DNA of 64,000 bases, from the IMG/VR virus record IMGVR_UViG_3300043411_001777, positions 142,090-206,089 of that record. One strand, given 5' to 3'. The notes beneath the pieces are model-generated. The model did no database searches, was not told where the DNA came from, and saw only the letters and a program-made list of their open reading frames with translations. Every line of letters begins with the position of its first letter. Positions within the stretch are counted from its first letter, which is position 1. Of this stretch, positions 10,601 through 19,808 are shown piece after piece. The translations under genes and the position numbers were made by a program.

Positions 10601-12779
10601 GTTCAATGCGATAGGCCCGTGAGCCAGATGTGTCTAGGTTGTAGAAGGGGGGCTTGAAAACCAAATCCCCGTCCACATCCTGGTAGAACTCAAATCCCGT
10701 AACTGTCGTAACACTTTGGGCTACGTCGAGTTTGCTTTCGTAGGTGCTCTCAAAGAGAGAAATCGTACTTGTGGTCAAGTCCGCCGAAAAGGCGTGCATC
10801 TCCGAAAGGTTGATTTCGGGCACTTTGCTGTCACCGATACCCAAAGATTGGGTTAAGGCGCCACGGCGCAGCTTATCCGTAAGAGCCACGGCCTGAGAAG
10901 CTTCCAACAGGCCCTTCACATTGGGGTCCTTCGAGGCATTCACACCCGGGAACCGATTTTTCAAGAGCGTCGAAAGCTGAGATGCCGAAAGACGTGCTAA
11001 AAAGGCACTTTGCGCCGCAGAAAACAAGTCACCGTTCAACCCGTGGAGACGGAGTTTGGTTTCCCTAGCCTTAAAACGCTGTTCCCAATACTTGACGGTA
11101 TACGAGAAAAAAGACTCGTTTGTTCTTGTGGACTTAGCATCCTGATCACCAGCTTGCTGAAGAGCCCAAGCAACACCGCCAGCGGAACCCGCCATATCAT
11201 GGTGAAGGGTATACATAATCTGATAGGGGTGCTGCTTCGAGAACACGTGGGACATAACAGACATTCGCAGCTTGCCATTGTCTGGCTTCGCCCCCATCAC
11301 AGAGGCGTTCGTGCTCATCTTGTGGTATTCCCAAAAATGAAGCATGCTCCCACAGGAAACTTGAATTGTGCCCGATCCGGGAGCCCAAGAATGGTTGACG
11401 CTAGTGACCACCCCTCGAAAGGTGTGGTAATAGGGGTAGCCGATAAGCTCATCCAAACCTGAACCCGTCAGCCCTGTTTTATCCAGGAGGGAGGCACCGA
11501 TTTCGACAGGACGGTCGAAATTCAACTGGTCCAGCTCTTTTTTAGTCAATGGGTTCAGGGGAAGGTCACCCGCTGAAACTACCTCATTCACAGTAGCCTC
11601 AGGCACCACCTTGTTAATTTGGAGGTTGGCTACAGGGGGAGAAGGGTTACCCTTTGGACCTAGGAACACCTCATTTTTACTTGAGGAAGCTAATGCTATT
11701 GCCGTATTGTAGGCCTCTTCTTTCGACTTACCACGAGACCGTAAAGCCATATACAGGGTCGGGAAACCACCATCGGAGTGTGGATCCTCCCCGATTTTTT
11801 TGATGTGGCTCGCAGCATTGTAGTGGGAGACCACGCCCGAACTTTCAGGGTTTGCGCCTGAATTTGCGATATAAAAAGAGTCCCCCTTGACACCCGCAAA
11901 CTCTAATCCACCTGAGCCATCTGTATTTGACCCCATCCCATATGTAGCAGACACATAGGTTGTGAGCGCATACATGACCTCCAACTGATCCACTGGAGGC
12001 ACTACATACTGTCCGCCGTGGGCCCAAGGCGCAGGGATTACCTTAGCACCCTCTGCTGCTGCGCCTGGAGAATACGGGCTGATGAACTCGATTCCGACAG
12101 ACCCGTCATTTAACCCAGGAGTGTGAAACACCGTTTCAGTGGATGGGTCCGCAAACTGGTAAACAGTCCCATCCATCCCGACGGCATAATGCACACCAAG
12201 ATTCTGCTTAAGCAGTGCCCGTACGGCTCCGTCTACAGACGAACCCGTAGACTCGTGGACTATCATTTGATAAGGAGCCTCGGTCCGAGGAATGGACTTG
12301 AACCCTTTCAACACCTGAGGACCCGGCGAGGCACCCGAAAACTGCCGCTTCCTTTCATCGAAAGGATTATCCAAGGTCGCGAAATCCTCAGAAGCACCCT
12401 CAGGGACTTCGGCCTCCCCAATTGAAGACTCCGGTTCTGCCAAGTTGGCATACATTCCACGAGTAGGGAAGTACCCACGCATGTAAATCGTCACTTCCAA
12501 CCCGGGACGCATGATGTACTTGGCATCCCGAGCGAAGGAAGCCTCGTCATGGGCCGGAACCGAAAGCGAGAAATTAGCTGAGGCTGCACCGGGCTCCACA
12601 CCCGCTTCCACGCCCACGTCCGTAACGAACTTCTGGAGATCAACCTGCCCGTTGCAAGTCGCACACCCAGGCAGCATGATGTCCCCGTTTACGAGGACCA
12701 ACGCATCGGGGGTCATCTGTACGAACTTTCGCCCCCCTAGACGCCACGTCCCCGCATAGGGTCTGTTCTCAATTCCCAT
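7665..12779 (-). CDS. Baseplate hub (gp27/gp44/gpD-like) with inserted N-acetylmuramoyl-L-alanine amidase
   Basis: Hub motifs GFEFYQDVDGDLVFKPP and RPELRPGYPV...YYINSFSHSF...TTTLSL; Amidase_2 motifs IVHES, VHYAVGMDGTVYQF, FHTPGLNDGSVGIE, VVSH, HSDGG. Confidence 0.8.
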   Translation of the reverse strand: MGIENRPYAGTWRLGGRKFVQMTPDALVLVNGDIMLPGCATCNGQVDLQKFVTDVGVEAGVEPGAASANFSLSVPAHDEASFARDAKYIMRPGLEVTIYMRGYFPTRGMYANLAEPESSIGEAEVPEGASEDFATLDNPFDERKRQFSGASPGPQVLKGFKSIPRTEAPYQMIVHESTGSSVDGAVRALLKQNLGVHYAVGMDGTVYQFADPSTETVFHTPGLNDGSVGIEFISPYSPGAAAEGAKVIPAPWAHGGQYVVPPVDQLEVMYALTTYVSATYGMGSNTDGSGGLEFAGVKGDSFYIANSGANPESSGVVSHYNAASHIKKIGEDPHSDGGFPTLYMALRSRGKSKEEAYNTAIALASSSKNEVFLGPKGNPSPPVANLQINKVVPEATVNEVVSAGDLPLNPLTKKELDQLNFDRPVEIGASLLDKTGLTGSGLDELIGYPYYHTFRGVVTSVNHSWAPGSGTIQVSCGSMLHFWEYHKMSTNASVMGAKPDNGKLRMSVMSHVFSKQHPYQIMYTLHHDMAGSAGGVAWALQQAGDQDAKSTRTNESFFSYTVKYWEQRFKARETKLRLHGLNGDLFSAAQSAFLARLSASQLSTLLKNRFPGVNASKDPNVKGLLEASQAVALTDKLRRGALTQSLGIGDSKVPEINLSEMHAFSADLTTSTISLFESTYESKLDVAQSVTTVTGFEFYQDVDGDLVFKPPFYNLDTSGSRAYRIEPIDIINFNPSEDEPQATYIKGTNGLFANIQIGAGEGEYGNIGTYIDYRLVAQYGWRPADFSTSFLNDAKALYYSGANRLDVMNAPTKRATLTIPLRPELRPGYPVYIVNRDCFYYINSFSHSFAPGAQATTTLSLIAKRSKFAAPGFIGKGVGGISAIRLDRPDLPERLLEVLDNDGRPRKVGFPNVVMALDPKKINPLHYVSGLDLSITDAAGLDRMLDMAVHLGILRKDGSDQDVYVMDMPGTLRGDGTASPKAVRFYFGKSEQIPEGTINARENLYRVAKPSDQELEKATNALGVVNEKREAAKKAGTSLLALEEERTKLQDRATTLQALKDGDLKAFEATLNEAERAGVALIAELIRQVGSRYKAQNSDFANLDSTISILEMLSEKKSHLSNASQPGEYRYYSASHPDPESQGQAEITYDSTSGGTQIIETPLDLDPAFAGIEVKGFRKEVSLPYPGAYRAEAELGKVRPTRGIRVLTADPSRPRGVSVPTSEIREIRFSSQLIKGKKNVTSSQKVYSLSREAGVETQDYFETVLSDYVQRSAPDFFVGVNELRSLSYYYEKAIEPIVVDVAEAQVTQAILIRPPAVPLKVRLGKDEIDLQKLFDSFDLADVPKRGSTAIQTVPPIEQSLPSLAPVPMTPRIQLQTPKASTWTTAEFASRLAKPIAKALVESFNANLRSWLEAITKANWTPEQVEEAWSLFTQQLEMAWGIKIAAAYTKKTVTQANFEAGTHSAIFPVSDANGFEVIGSFRYGRDVSISPDGVWANLHAQDPLSLLDRQLVEEVTDFLTRGVSVSVPQPALDEKGRQKMHNGVPVFENRKLVGVEAGAALEQKVIDALRKRNLSDTQILDLFGAKPGSDGDHFQIGLANMFSNGLGSLDKIPIVNAAKTLTDIRVTHDGQVCSCKASEAAITLDLFGSEEFLELDSTDKYAQVMRQQAELKSVAWRQAEDSFSGKSLERRESVLKSTLDPFDKD

Positions 12780-12782
12780 GGA

Positions 12783-14042
12783 TCAAAACCTTCTGAATGG
12801 AGACGGGTTCCTATCCAATACAGGAACAGTCGGGGCAACCTCTGGGGCACGGAAACCTGCTAATCCTACCGGACGCGTTACTGCAATCTGCCGGCTATCC
12901 CGCACCAGCCCAGCCTCAGCCTGCCGAGATTGAAGGAACGGCTGCAACTCACTCAGATTCGAGGCCCCGTCAGACACCGGATTGACCCGCGCAGCAAGAC
13001 GAGTATCCTCCACATAACGGTTGGGAGACCGAAGTGGGGAGGCCACATTCTGAGTATGCGTGTCAATGACATTTGACGCTGTGAACTCGATTTGGAATTC
13101 CATTCCGCCATTCTGCTGAGACTCTTCATATGAATACGTCAAGCTGTCCATCGAACCATAGTAGATCCAACCATCATAGTGGATGGAAATCCCACCCACG
13201 AAATGGTGTGCGTTAGAAGCCCCCAACGTATCGTACACATAACCGTTGTTCAAGTAGAACGTAAAGAGGTTCATCAGATTCTGCCAAGCGGCTGAATCCC
13301 GCTTAGAAGCAAACTGAACACCACGGCCGCCCGACATAAAGGCACCACACTTCGCGGTAAAAGACAGCTTAGGCTGATTCTCTCCCCACACGTGGAAAAC
13401 GTACCCGTGTCGAGTCTTATCGTTGAAGTTTTGGACCTTTTCGTAATTGATGGCCAACGTTGTTGGGTTGATCAATAGCACCAAGGGAGGTGCATTGCGA
13501 ATAGCGTCCAACTGCATTGCAATGTCGAGTGCCTGGTACAGGTCGTTATACGTGGGCTTGCCAATACGATTGGAATACCGACCGTCGAAGGTTGCAGACC
13601 CGCCCGTGACCCCCGCTTGAGACTGGACACGGTCCCCGGCATTACGCACAACATACTGTTCAGCACTGGCTGCATAGAAAGCGTTTGAGAGGGACGGGAT
13701 ACCTTCCGAAGTTGCCTGTTGAAGGAATCTCCCCGAGCGGGCCCCATCAAAAATGTCTCCACGTAGCACTTTCCGCTGACCTGGGGTTGCCTCATTGGTG
13801 AAGATGATAGGAAGCTCCAGCTTCAAAACGAAGGGGCTTAGGGCTCGTAAGTACGGGTCAGACCCGTCGATAGGGGCTGCTTGTGCGTCTTCATACTCGG
13901 CCGCCAACCTACCGGCTGTGCGGATGCCTCCATATGCTTTTGGAGCTATGGGGCTGGTGTTGAATCCCTCGGGCCGTTGCTCTTGTGGAGACACCGAGCC
14001 CCGGGACGAAAACCTTGTAGGGTTGCCGACTACAATGCTCAT
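12783..14042 (-). CDS. Tube-initiator/baseplate protein (tube-like fold), paralogue of 14039..14686
   Basis: LLINPTTLAINYEK...HVWGENQPKLSF aligns with LHVNPSSMQFSYSK...QHWGDAPTQMNF; lies between tape measure and hub. Confidence 0.65.
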   Translation of the reverse strand: MSIVVGNPTRFSSRGSVSPQEQRPEGFNTSPIAPKAYGGIRTAGRLAAEYEDAQAAPIDGSDPYLRALSPFVLKLELPIIFTNEATPGQRKVLRGDIFDGARSGRFLQQATSEGIPSLSNAFYAASAEQYVVRNAGDRVQSQAGVTGGSATFDGRYSNRIGKPTYNDLYQALDIAMQLDAIRNAPPLVLLINPTTLAINYEKVQNFNDKTRHGYVFHVWGENQPKLSFTAKCGAFMSGGRGVQFASKRDSAAWQNLMNLFTFYLNNGYVYDTLGASNAHHFVGGISIHYDGWIYYGSMDSLTYSYEESQQNGGMEFQIEFTASNVIDTHTQNVASPLRSPNRYVEDTRLAARVNPVSDGASNLSELQPFLQSRQAEAGLVRDSRQIAVTRPVGLAGFRAPEVAPTVPVLDRNPSPFRRF

Positions 14043-14686
14043 ATGGTGCCCCTCGGAGTTGAAATGAATGCGGGGGAACTTCCGTCTCGGACGGACTTCT
14101 CTTGCCGCTGATAGGGCTGAGACCGAATACGAGTAATCTCACGCTCAACGTTGAAAGACGCGCTCAATTGGAATTGAAACGGCTTAGTCGCATCTTCGGT
14201 CACCACAAAGGTCTGGAATCTGCCAATATAGATCCCACCATCGAAGGTGACCTTTAGTGAGCCACGAATTGCCAATTCCCCCCGATCATCGTAAATGTCT
14301 CCGTTGGAATGGAAAAGGGACAACAGGCTCAGGAATTTGTCATAGGCCAAAGTCTCTCTTCGAGTGCCCCCGATATTCAGCCCGCCACCCGTAGTGTTTG
14401 ACAACCCTGAGTAGACGCGTTTGAAGCCCCCTGTTGCAGCGGAGAAGTTCATCTGCGTTGGGGCGTCACCCCAATGCTGCTCGACAAACCCGCCTTCTGT
14501 TTGGATGCGCTCGATAACCTTGGAGTATGAGAACTGCATAGAGGACGGGTTGACGTGCAGAACCAAGCGCAACCCCTCGGGCAGAACCGAGGTGTAGCCG
14601 TCAGGGGCCAGCACGTCAAACACGACGGGCCTCTTACCTCCAAACTCATCGTCGACTGCTCGGAATGCTGACTTAAAGGTTGGCAT
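14039..14686 (-). CDS. Tube-initiator/baseplate protein
   Basis: NP-x-x motif, GRFQTFVVTEDATKPFQFQLSASF; TAATG-coupled to the tape measure gene. Confidence 0.65.
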   Translation of the reverse strand: MPTFKSAFRAVDDEFGGKRPVVFDVLAPDGYTSVLPEGLRLVLHVNPSSMQFSYSKVIERIQTEGGFVEQHWGDAPTQMNFSAATGGFKRVYSGLSNTTGGGLNIGGTRRETLAYDKFLSLLSLFHSNGDIYDDRGELAIRGSLKVTFDGGIYIGRFQTFVVTEDATKPFQFQLSASFNVEREITRIRSQPYQRQEKSVRDGSSPAFISTPRGTI

Positions 14687-17556
14687 TAGCGTTTCCCATT
14701 TAGAAGCTCACCGATGAGCTTGTGGAGACCGGTTTCGCTTGGGATCGCGATGACACTATTGTTGTTAATGGTCACTCCTGCGGACTTCGCCAGGAGGCCC
14801 GTCAGGGTCCTCAACTCAAGTGCCCTCTCTTCCAGCTCTGGAGTAGGCGCCCGCATCGTTCCAGCCACCATTTGCTCTGCCTGGGTTCTGATTTCGGTCG
14901 GATGAATGTCTTTGAGCTTGCCAGAAGTTCTCAAATACTCTCGGTTGAGCTTTTCCATTTCCCCAACAGGGTCAAAGGTACCCCCGGGCTTCATTGCTGT
15001 AAGCCTAGCCGCCAAAGCCCCACTTAACGAATAACCCGCCGCCGCAATTAGTTCTTTAGAGCCTGGCCCCCACCCAACAGCTTCTTCGCCCGTAAAGTAT
15101 TCGTCTGTCGCCCCACCGCCAGAAACAGTTGTTCTTGTTGGAGACAAACCCATCATATCATATAAAGACCAAATGCCAGGGTGTGCCTTCAAAGCTTCTT
15201 GGGGGGTTGCTCCCATTGCAACCATTTTATGAGCCGCCTGACCGCTACGAAGCCGGTCTTCCAAACCGCGCCGAGCCGTCAGCCTGCGGGCCACAGCGGC
15301 ACGCTGTGCAATTAGCTCATCCCGCTCCCCTCCTAAAGGCGCATTTGCTATCAGACCATTAAGCCGCTCCATTTCCTTGGCTTCTGTGTCAATATCTTTG
15401 CGGGCGTTGCTTAGGGCCCCCACGAAATCAAATTTCCCCATTTGGGTAAAGAAATCGTCCTCTTTAAGACTGTCTTTAGTAAACCACTGGAAAAGGCCCT
15501 CAATTCCCGCCGCGATATCCGCAAAAACGCCACTTACTGCCCGACTCAAAGTATCAGACATTGTCGTTGTGGCACTAGCAATTTCACGCGCAAGCCTAGT
15601 GTTTTCATCCTCTAGCTTTGACAAATCCTGAAGGGCTGCCGCATGAGAATAGTAGTCTTCTACAGATCCAATAGGATCTCCATACTCAATGCTGTCCCCC
15701 GACATCCGGGCACCAACAACCTTACTATCCTTAATTCCAAGCCCCCATTTCCGAGCATGCCAAGCCGCTACTTCCGGGCTTAGTTCTTGACCAATCAACT
15801 TCTGCATGGCGGTAAAAGCGTCCGCAGCGCCTTTTGTAAATTCAGCCAAGGCCCGTATATCGGCTTCCGATTTTCCGGACATACCTTTCAGCCGCATCAC
15901 ACCCTCAACCCCTTCTTGGTTCATGACATCATGAAGTTGTCGATTACTGCCATGAGTGGCGGCTTTGATTTGCAGCGCGAGGAAGTCTGCCGGACTCAAC
16001 AGACTGATATTCGCAAGCCGCTGGCTTTCGTTATCCGTGTCGATGAATTGGGTTAGCCGGTCCAAGGCACGGCCAGTGCCATCCCCCGTAGCCTTGACAT
16101 AAGCACTAAATGCTGCAAGCTGATCCGGACTCATTGCCTTTAGTCGATCAACAAGATTTGCCGAAGTCATCCCCCCCTCAACTCCAGCATGGCGAGCCGC
16201 AGAGTCCAAAAAGGCAGGGTTATCACCTATGGCTTGGAAAAGCTCACGGACACTAGCATCCGTGGCACCCTTATACAACTTTTGCAGGAACTTGTCCCCG
16301 ACAATAGTACCCACCTTAACCGAATCTTCCGTTGAAAGCCCCGTACCCCACGAAACCAAGCCCTGCAATAGCTTACCGGCCTCTTTCGAGGACATAAACT
16401 TGCCCAATTTAGCTAGCAATCCAGCAGTCTCTTCCAACCGGATGTTGTACATGCTCATCCCAGCCGTGGCCTGCAACACCGTCGAAAAGAACCGCTTAGT
16501 GCCAAACCCACTGTCCACCGCATGAGCATATACAGCCGCCATCTTCTCGGATACTGAATCCAAGGAGACTGACAAATCATCCATGGCATCGGCCATATGC
16601 GTGGCGGCTTCTTCCGCAGACTCAAAACCCAACGTCCCATACACAACGGCACGCTCCGACACCTCTCGAAAACGCTCCATCCGCTCTGTAGCCGTCTCCA
16701 GCCCAGCAGTCATTTCCTTTAGGTCGTAGCCCGTCTTTTCGAATGACCCCAGGATGCCAAAATGCGTCTCAGCATCCATATTCCACTTATTCAGGAAGCC
16801 TAACGCCCCATCCCCGCCAATACCTGATTGGCGGACTTCACGGAAAGCCGCCCCAGCACCACCACCAGAGGCATACGAACCGATGCTGATACCTGCCTGC
16901 ATGATTGACTTGTTCAATGTGGCAAGCGAATCCGTAATGTCCATCACCACGTTGTAGAGGCCATAAGCGGCGGCCCCGATTACGCCAGCCTTCATCAGCC
17001 CGGCACCACCCAAGCCCATAACCGTATTGGCTTTGCCCCCCTTGCCCTCTTGCGTGTTATGGGCTGCCCTAGCCGCCAAGGCATTACCCATGCGGCTTAG
17101 CAGACTAAAATCGGCCCCGCGGACTGCTTGTGCTAATGTCCCCGGCGCCCCGAGTGCACCCGACAGACGGTCTGTCTTAGAGCGGCGCGCAGCAGAGGCC
17201 CCTTCTCGGGCCAAATCCTCTCGTGCCTGCGCGAGCCTCTCAATCCCTTGGATCTCCTGCTTTTGGAGCTTCAGAAGACGAACCCTATCCCGCTCAGCCC
17301 CCTTATCTGTGCGCCCTTTCAACGCCATCTCTTCTTTAGAGAACTGGCGTTGTTTAGCCATCATTTTCTCAACTTCGCGTTTGGAAAACTGCACCGAGTC
17401 ATGAATCGCCACTGCACCACGAACAAGGTTCTTTTTGAACGAATCAGAGGCCGCAGCCATTTCCTGTGCGATTTTGGGGTCAAAATCATACTCCTGAGTG
17501 ATCTTAATGACCGAATCCCACTGCTCGCTTGTGACACCTCCTTTTTTCTTGGCCAT
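14686..17556 (-). CDS. Tail tape measure protein
   Basis: 956 aa, Ala/Gly/Leu-rich, helical; canonical position after tube and chaperones. Confidence 0.75.
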   Translation of the reverse strand: MAKKKGGVTSEQWDSVIKITQEYDFDPKIAQEMAAASDSFKKNLVRGAVAIHDSVQFSKREVEKMMAKQRQFSKEEMALKGRTDKGAERDRVRLLKLQKQEIQGIERLAQAREDLAREGASAARRSKTDRLSGALGAPGTLAQAVRGADFSLLSRMGNALAARAAHNTQEGKGGKANTVMGLGGAGLMKAGVIGAAAYGLYNVVMDITDSLATLNKSIMQAGISIGSYASGGGAGAAFREVRQSGIGGDGALGFLNKWNMDAETHFGILGSFEKTGYDLKEMTAGLETATERMERFREVSERAVVYGTLGFESAEEAATHMADAMDDLSVSLDSVSEKMAAVYAHAVDSGFGTKRFFSTVLQATAGMSMYNIRLEETAGLLAKLGKFMSSKEAGKLLQGLVSWGTGLSTEDSVKVGTIVGDKFLQKLYKGATDASVRELFQAIGDNPAFLDSAARHAGVEGGMTSANLVDRLKAMSPDQLAAFSAYVKATGDGTGRALDRLTQFIDTDNESQRLANISLLSPADFLALQIKAATHGSNRQLHDVMNQEGVEGVMRLKGMSGKSEADIRALAEFTKGAADAFTAMQKLIGQELSPEVAAWHARKWGLGIKDSKVVGARMSGDSIEYGDPIGSVEDYYSHAAALQDLSKLEDENTRLAREIASATTTMSDTLSRAVSGVFADIAAGIEGLFQWFTKDSLKEDDFFTQMGKFDFVGALSNARKDIDTEAKEMERLNGLIANAPLGGERDELIAQRAAVARRLTARRGLEDRLRSGQAAHKMVAMGATPQEALKAHPGIWSLYDMMGLSPTRTTVSGGGATDEYFTGEEAVGWGPGSKELIAAAGYSLSGALAARLTAMKPGGTFDPVGEMEKLNREYLRTSGKLKDIHPTEIRTQAEQMVAGTMRAPTPELEERALELRTLTGLLAKSAGVTINNNSVIAIPSETGLHKLIGELLNGKR

Positions 17557-17557
17557 T

Positions 17558-18718
17558 TTAGTCCTCGCGATCAGTTAAGTGGATACGACGCTGGGATATC
17601 TGCTCCTGCAAAGATCCTTTGCCTCGGCTGACACCGTATTGCTCTTGCACTTCAGTAAGCAACTGCTCAGGGGGCCGATCGAAATTCGCGGCCTTTCGTG
17701 CAACCTTCTCATTATAGGGGTTGTCATAGAAGACTTTTCGGTTTCCAAGAGAGGAAACCAATTCTTCGATCTGAGATGGCAAGTATGCCACCAGACCCCC
17801 AGTCTCCTGCCCACGAACCTCCGCCTCCAAATCCTGTTCGTCGTAATACGACGAACGGGCCTCTTCAATCTCTCTGAGCCGATCCTCATGTTGCTGGCGC
17901 ATCCCATCCTTATAGGCCAGAACCATACGATCGTGATCGTCTAACTCGCCGCGAATCCAACGATGAACTTCCTCCCGCAAATCTTCCTCAGACTTGTTGC
18001 TGTGAGTTGCCGCCAGCTTGACTGTTTTACTGGGAGGTGCTCCCTTGGACGTCCAGTAAAACTCATCCAGCAAAGCCAGCCTTGCTTTCTGCTCTGTTTC
18101 CCGCCGCGTATTATCCCGTTCAATATGACCCTTAACCCACTTTGGGGCGTTCGTCATTGCTACAAACCGAAAGCGCAGCCATTCAAGCTCTTCCTTCTCC
18201 GATTTGTCCTCCAACTGATTGACCGTGATCCACAATTTCTGCACGTCATTCATGCCTAACACCGATGGGTCGGCCACTCCTGCATTGAACTTAGTGGTCC
18301 CCATTGCGGACCAAAGCTCCCGAGAGATCCTCTCAAGGGTGTAGGGGATAACTGCGTTCAGAGCTTTCCGACTTCGCTTAAAAAAGCCATTGATTTGTGT
18401 GGTCAAGATACTCAGCGCTTGTCGGGGTAACTGTCGCAACAAGGGCATTAGATCCGGGACATTATCCCGACCTGATTGGAAGAGGTTGACCCCATCAATC
18501 ATCCAAATGGATTGAGCCAACCACCACAACTGGAAATCCTCAGGAGAAGCATAGGCTGCCCGTTGCCGCAACAAAAACCTGTCCGCGCCACACAAGCTTC
18601 GCAACACAAGCTGCGTTTTACCGAGCTGGACCGGAGCTGATATGAACCCGGGAGAGATGAGATCCTCCACATCGTTATACAGCTCGTGTCTCTGCTCAAA
18701 GGTGGTTTGGGGCTTCAT
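17558..18718 (-). CDS. Tail assembly chaperone 2 (gpGT-like)
   Basis: Between chaperone 1 and tape measure; N-terminal region resembles chaperone 1 (LAQSIWMIDGVNL vs LAASIVKIGSLDL). Confidence 0.55.
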   Translation of the reverse strand: MKPQTTFEQRHELYNDVEDLISPGFISAPVQLGKTQLVLRSLCGADRFLLRQRAAYASPEDFQLWWLAQSIWMIDGVNLFQSGRDNVPDLMPLLRQLPRQALSILTTQINGFFKRSRKALNAVIPYTLERISRELWSAMGTTKFNAGVADPSVLGMNDVQKLWITVNQLEDKSEKEELEWLRFRFVAMTNAPKWVKGHIERDNTRRETEQKARLALLDEFYWTSKGAPPSKTVKLAATHSNKSEEDLREEVHRWIRGELDDHDRMVLAYKDGMRQQHEDRLREIEEARSSYYDEQDLEAEVRGQETGGLVAYLPSQIEELVSSLGNRKVFYDNPYNEKVARKAANFDRPPEQLLTEVQEQYGVSRGKGSLQEQISQRRIHLTDRED

Positions 18719-19719
18719 CTACGGGGACGGAATCTGGGGTTGACGTTCACGTCACTATCATTGAGAACAAGGTCTGAGCCATTATCCAACCCAACCGGGA
18801 TGTTGGGGTCTTCCGTATGTCGGACACTCACAGGGGCATTGTTTGCCCGCAACTGACGCTGGCGAAACAGCGCCAAATTGGCCTCTTGAAGTTGATCCGG
18901 ATCCGAGGCGTCAATGAACGAATCCATTTCCTGACGAGCCTTGGGCGGAGGCGGAACGTTTGACGGAATGCTAGGGGCAAAAGCCGTGGGGGGCGGGGCT
19001 ACTTCCTTAGGAACTAAAGGTTCTCGCTTCCCTACGGCTCGGGCATTACCGCTTAGGGGTGTCGTTGCCTTGGGGGCCGGGGGAGGCTCCACGGGCTCCG
19101 CGGGAGCTGTCTTAAACACTACGGTGGGTTCTGCCTCAGCAAGGCTCATCCCGCCTTGCTGCCGAAGTTGGTCGGTGTAAGACAATGAGAGCTTACGCTT
19201 TTCCTCCAAACGCTCAATCTGGGCCCTAAGACGATCAATTTCCAGATCGATATCAGCGGGTTCAAATTTGATTGCAGCCTCTACGCGCTTTTCCATCCGC
19301 TCAACAAGAGCAACGTACTTCGTATAGACTCTTGCCTGCAAAGGGGGACCCCATCTCTCAATCAGAGGACGGATTGCTTGCGAACGGGGCTGTTTAATAG
19401 GCCGTCCATTCTCGTCTTCTCCAACCTCCACAAATTCGACCCCGCTAAGATCAAGGGAGCCGATCTTGACAATCGAGGCTGCTAACGCGTGAATTCGGAA
19501 CAGTCGCGCCATTTTACCAAAAGCATCAGACACCTGATATCGGTCATCAGCGTCCTTTATGTCCTCCAGAGCTGTTGAGGCCATCTCTGTAGCCTCGTCA
19601 TGTTCCGTAGAGGACATAATGCGAAGAGTGACAGGAATGTCCTCAACATAGAAAGTTTCTTCGTCCTTACCAAGCTTTTCTAGCTTGGCAAAGGCCGCTT
19701 CAAGCACGTTTAGATTCAT
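18715..19719 (-). CDS. Tail assembly chaperone 1 (gpG-like) with Pro-rich C-terminal tail
   Basis: Immediately after the tube gene; start moved to ATG 19719 (MNLNVLE) behind an AAGGGA RBS. Confidence 0.6.
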   Translation of the reverse strand: MNLNVLEAAFAKLEKLGKDEETFYVEDIPVTLRIMSSTEHDEATEMASTALEDIKDADDRYQVSDAFGKMARLFRIHALAASIVKIGSLDLSGVEFVEVGEDENGRPIKQPRSQAIRPLIERWGPPLQARVYTKYVALVERMEKRVEAAIKFEPADIDLEIDRLRAQIERLEEKRKLSLSYTDQLRQQGGMSLAEAEPTVVFKTAPAEPVEPPPAPKATTPLSGNARAVGKREPLVPKEVAPPPTAFAPSIPSNVPPPPKARQEMDSFIDASDPDQLQEANLALFRQRQLRANNAPVSVRHTEDPNIPVGLDNGSDLVLNDSDVNVNPRFRPRR

Positions 19720-19751
19720 TGGGTTTCCCTTAAGTAGAGGCGCAAAACAAG

Positions 19752-19781
19752 ACGAGGCAGGGGGATTAGCCACTGCCTCGT
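19752..19781 (-). terminator. Intrinsic terminator after the tail tube gene
   Basis: 9-bp stem ACGAGGCAG/CTGCCTCGT followed by CTTGTTTT on the minus strand. Confidence 0.6.
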
Positions 19782-19808
19782 ACTTTACCGCCTACCTAGG
19801 GTCACCTA

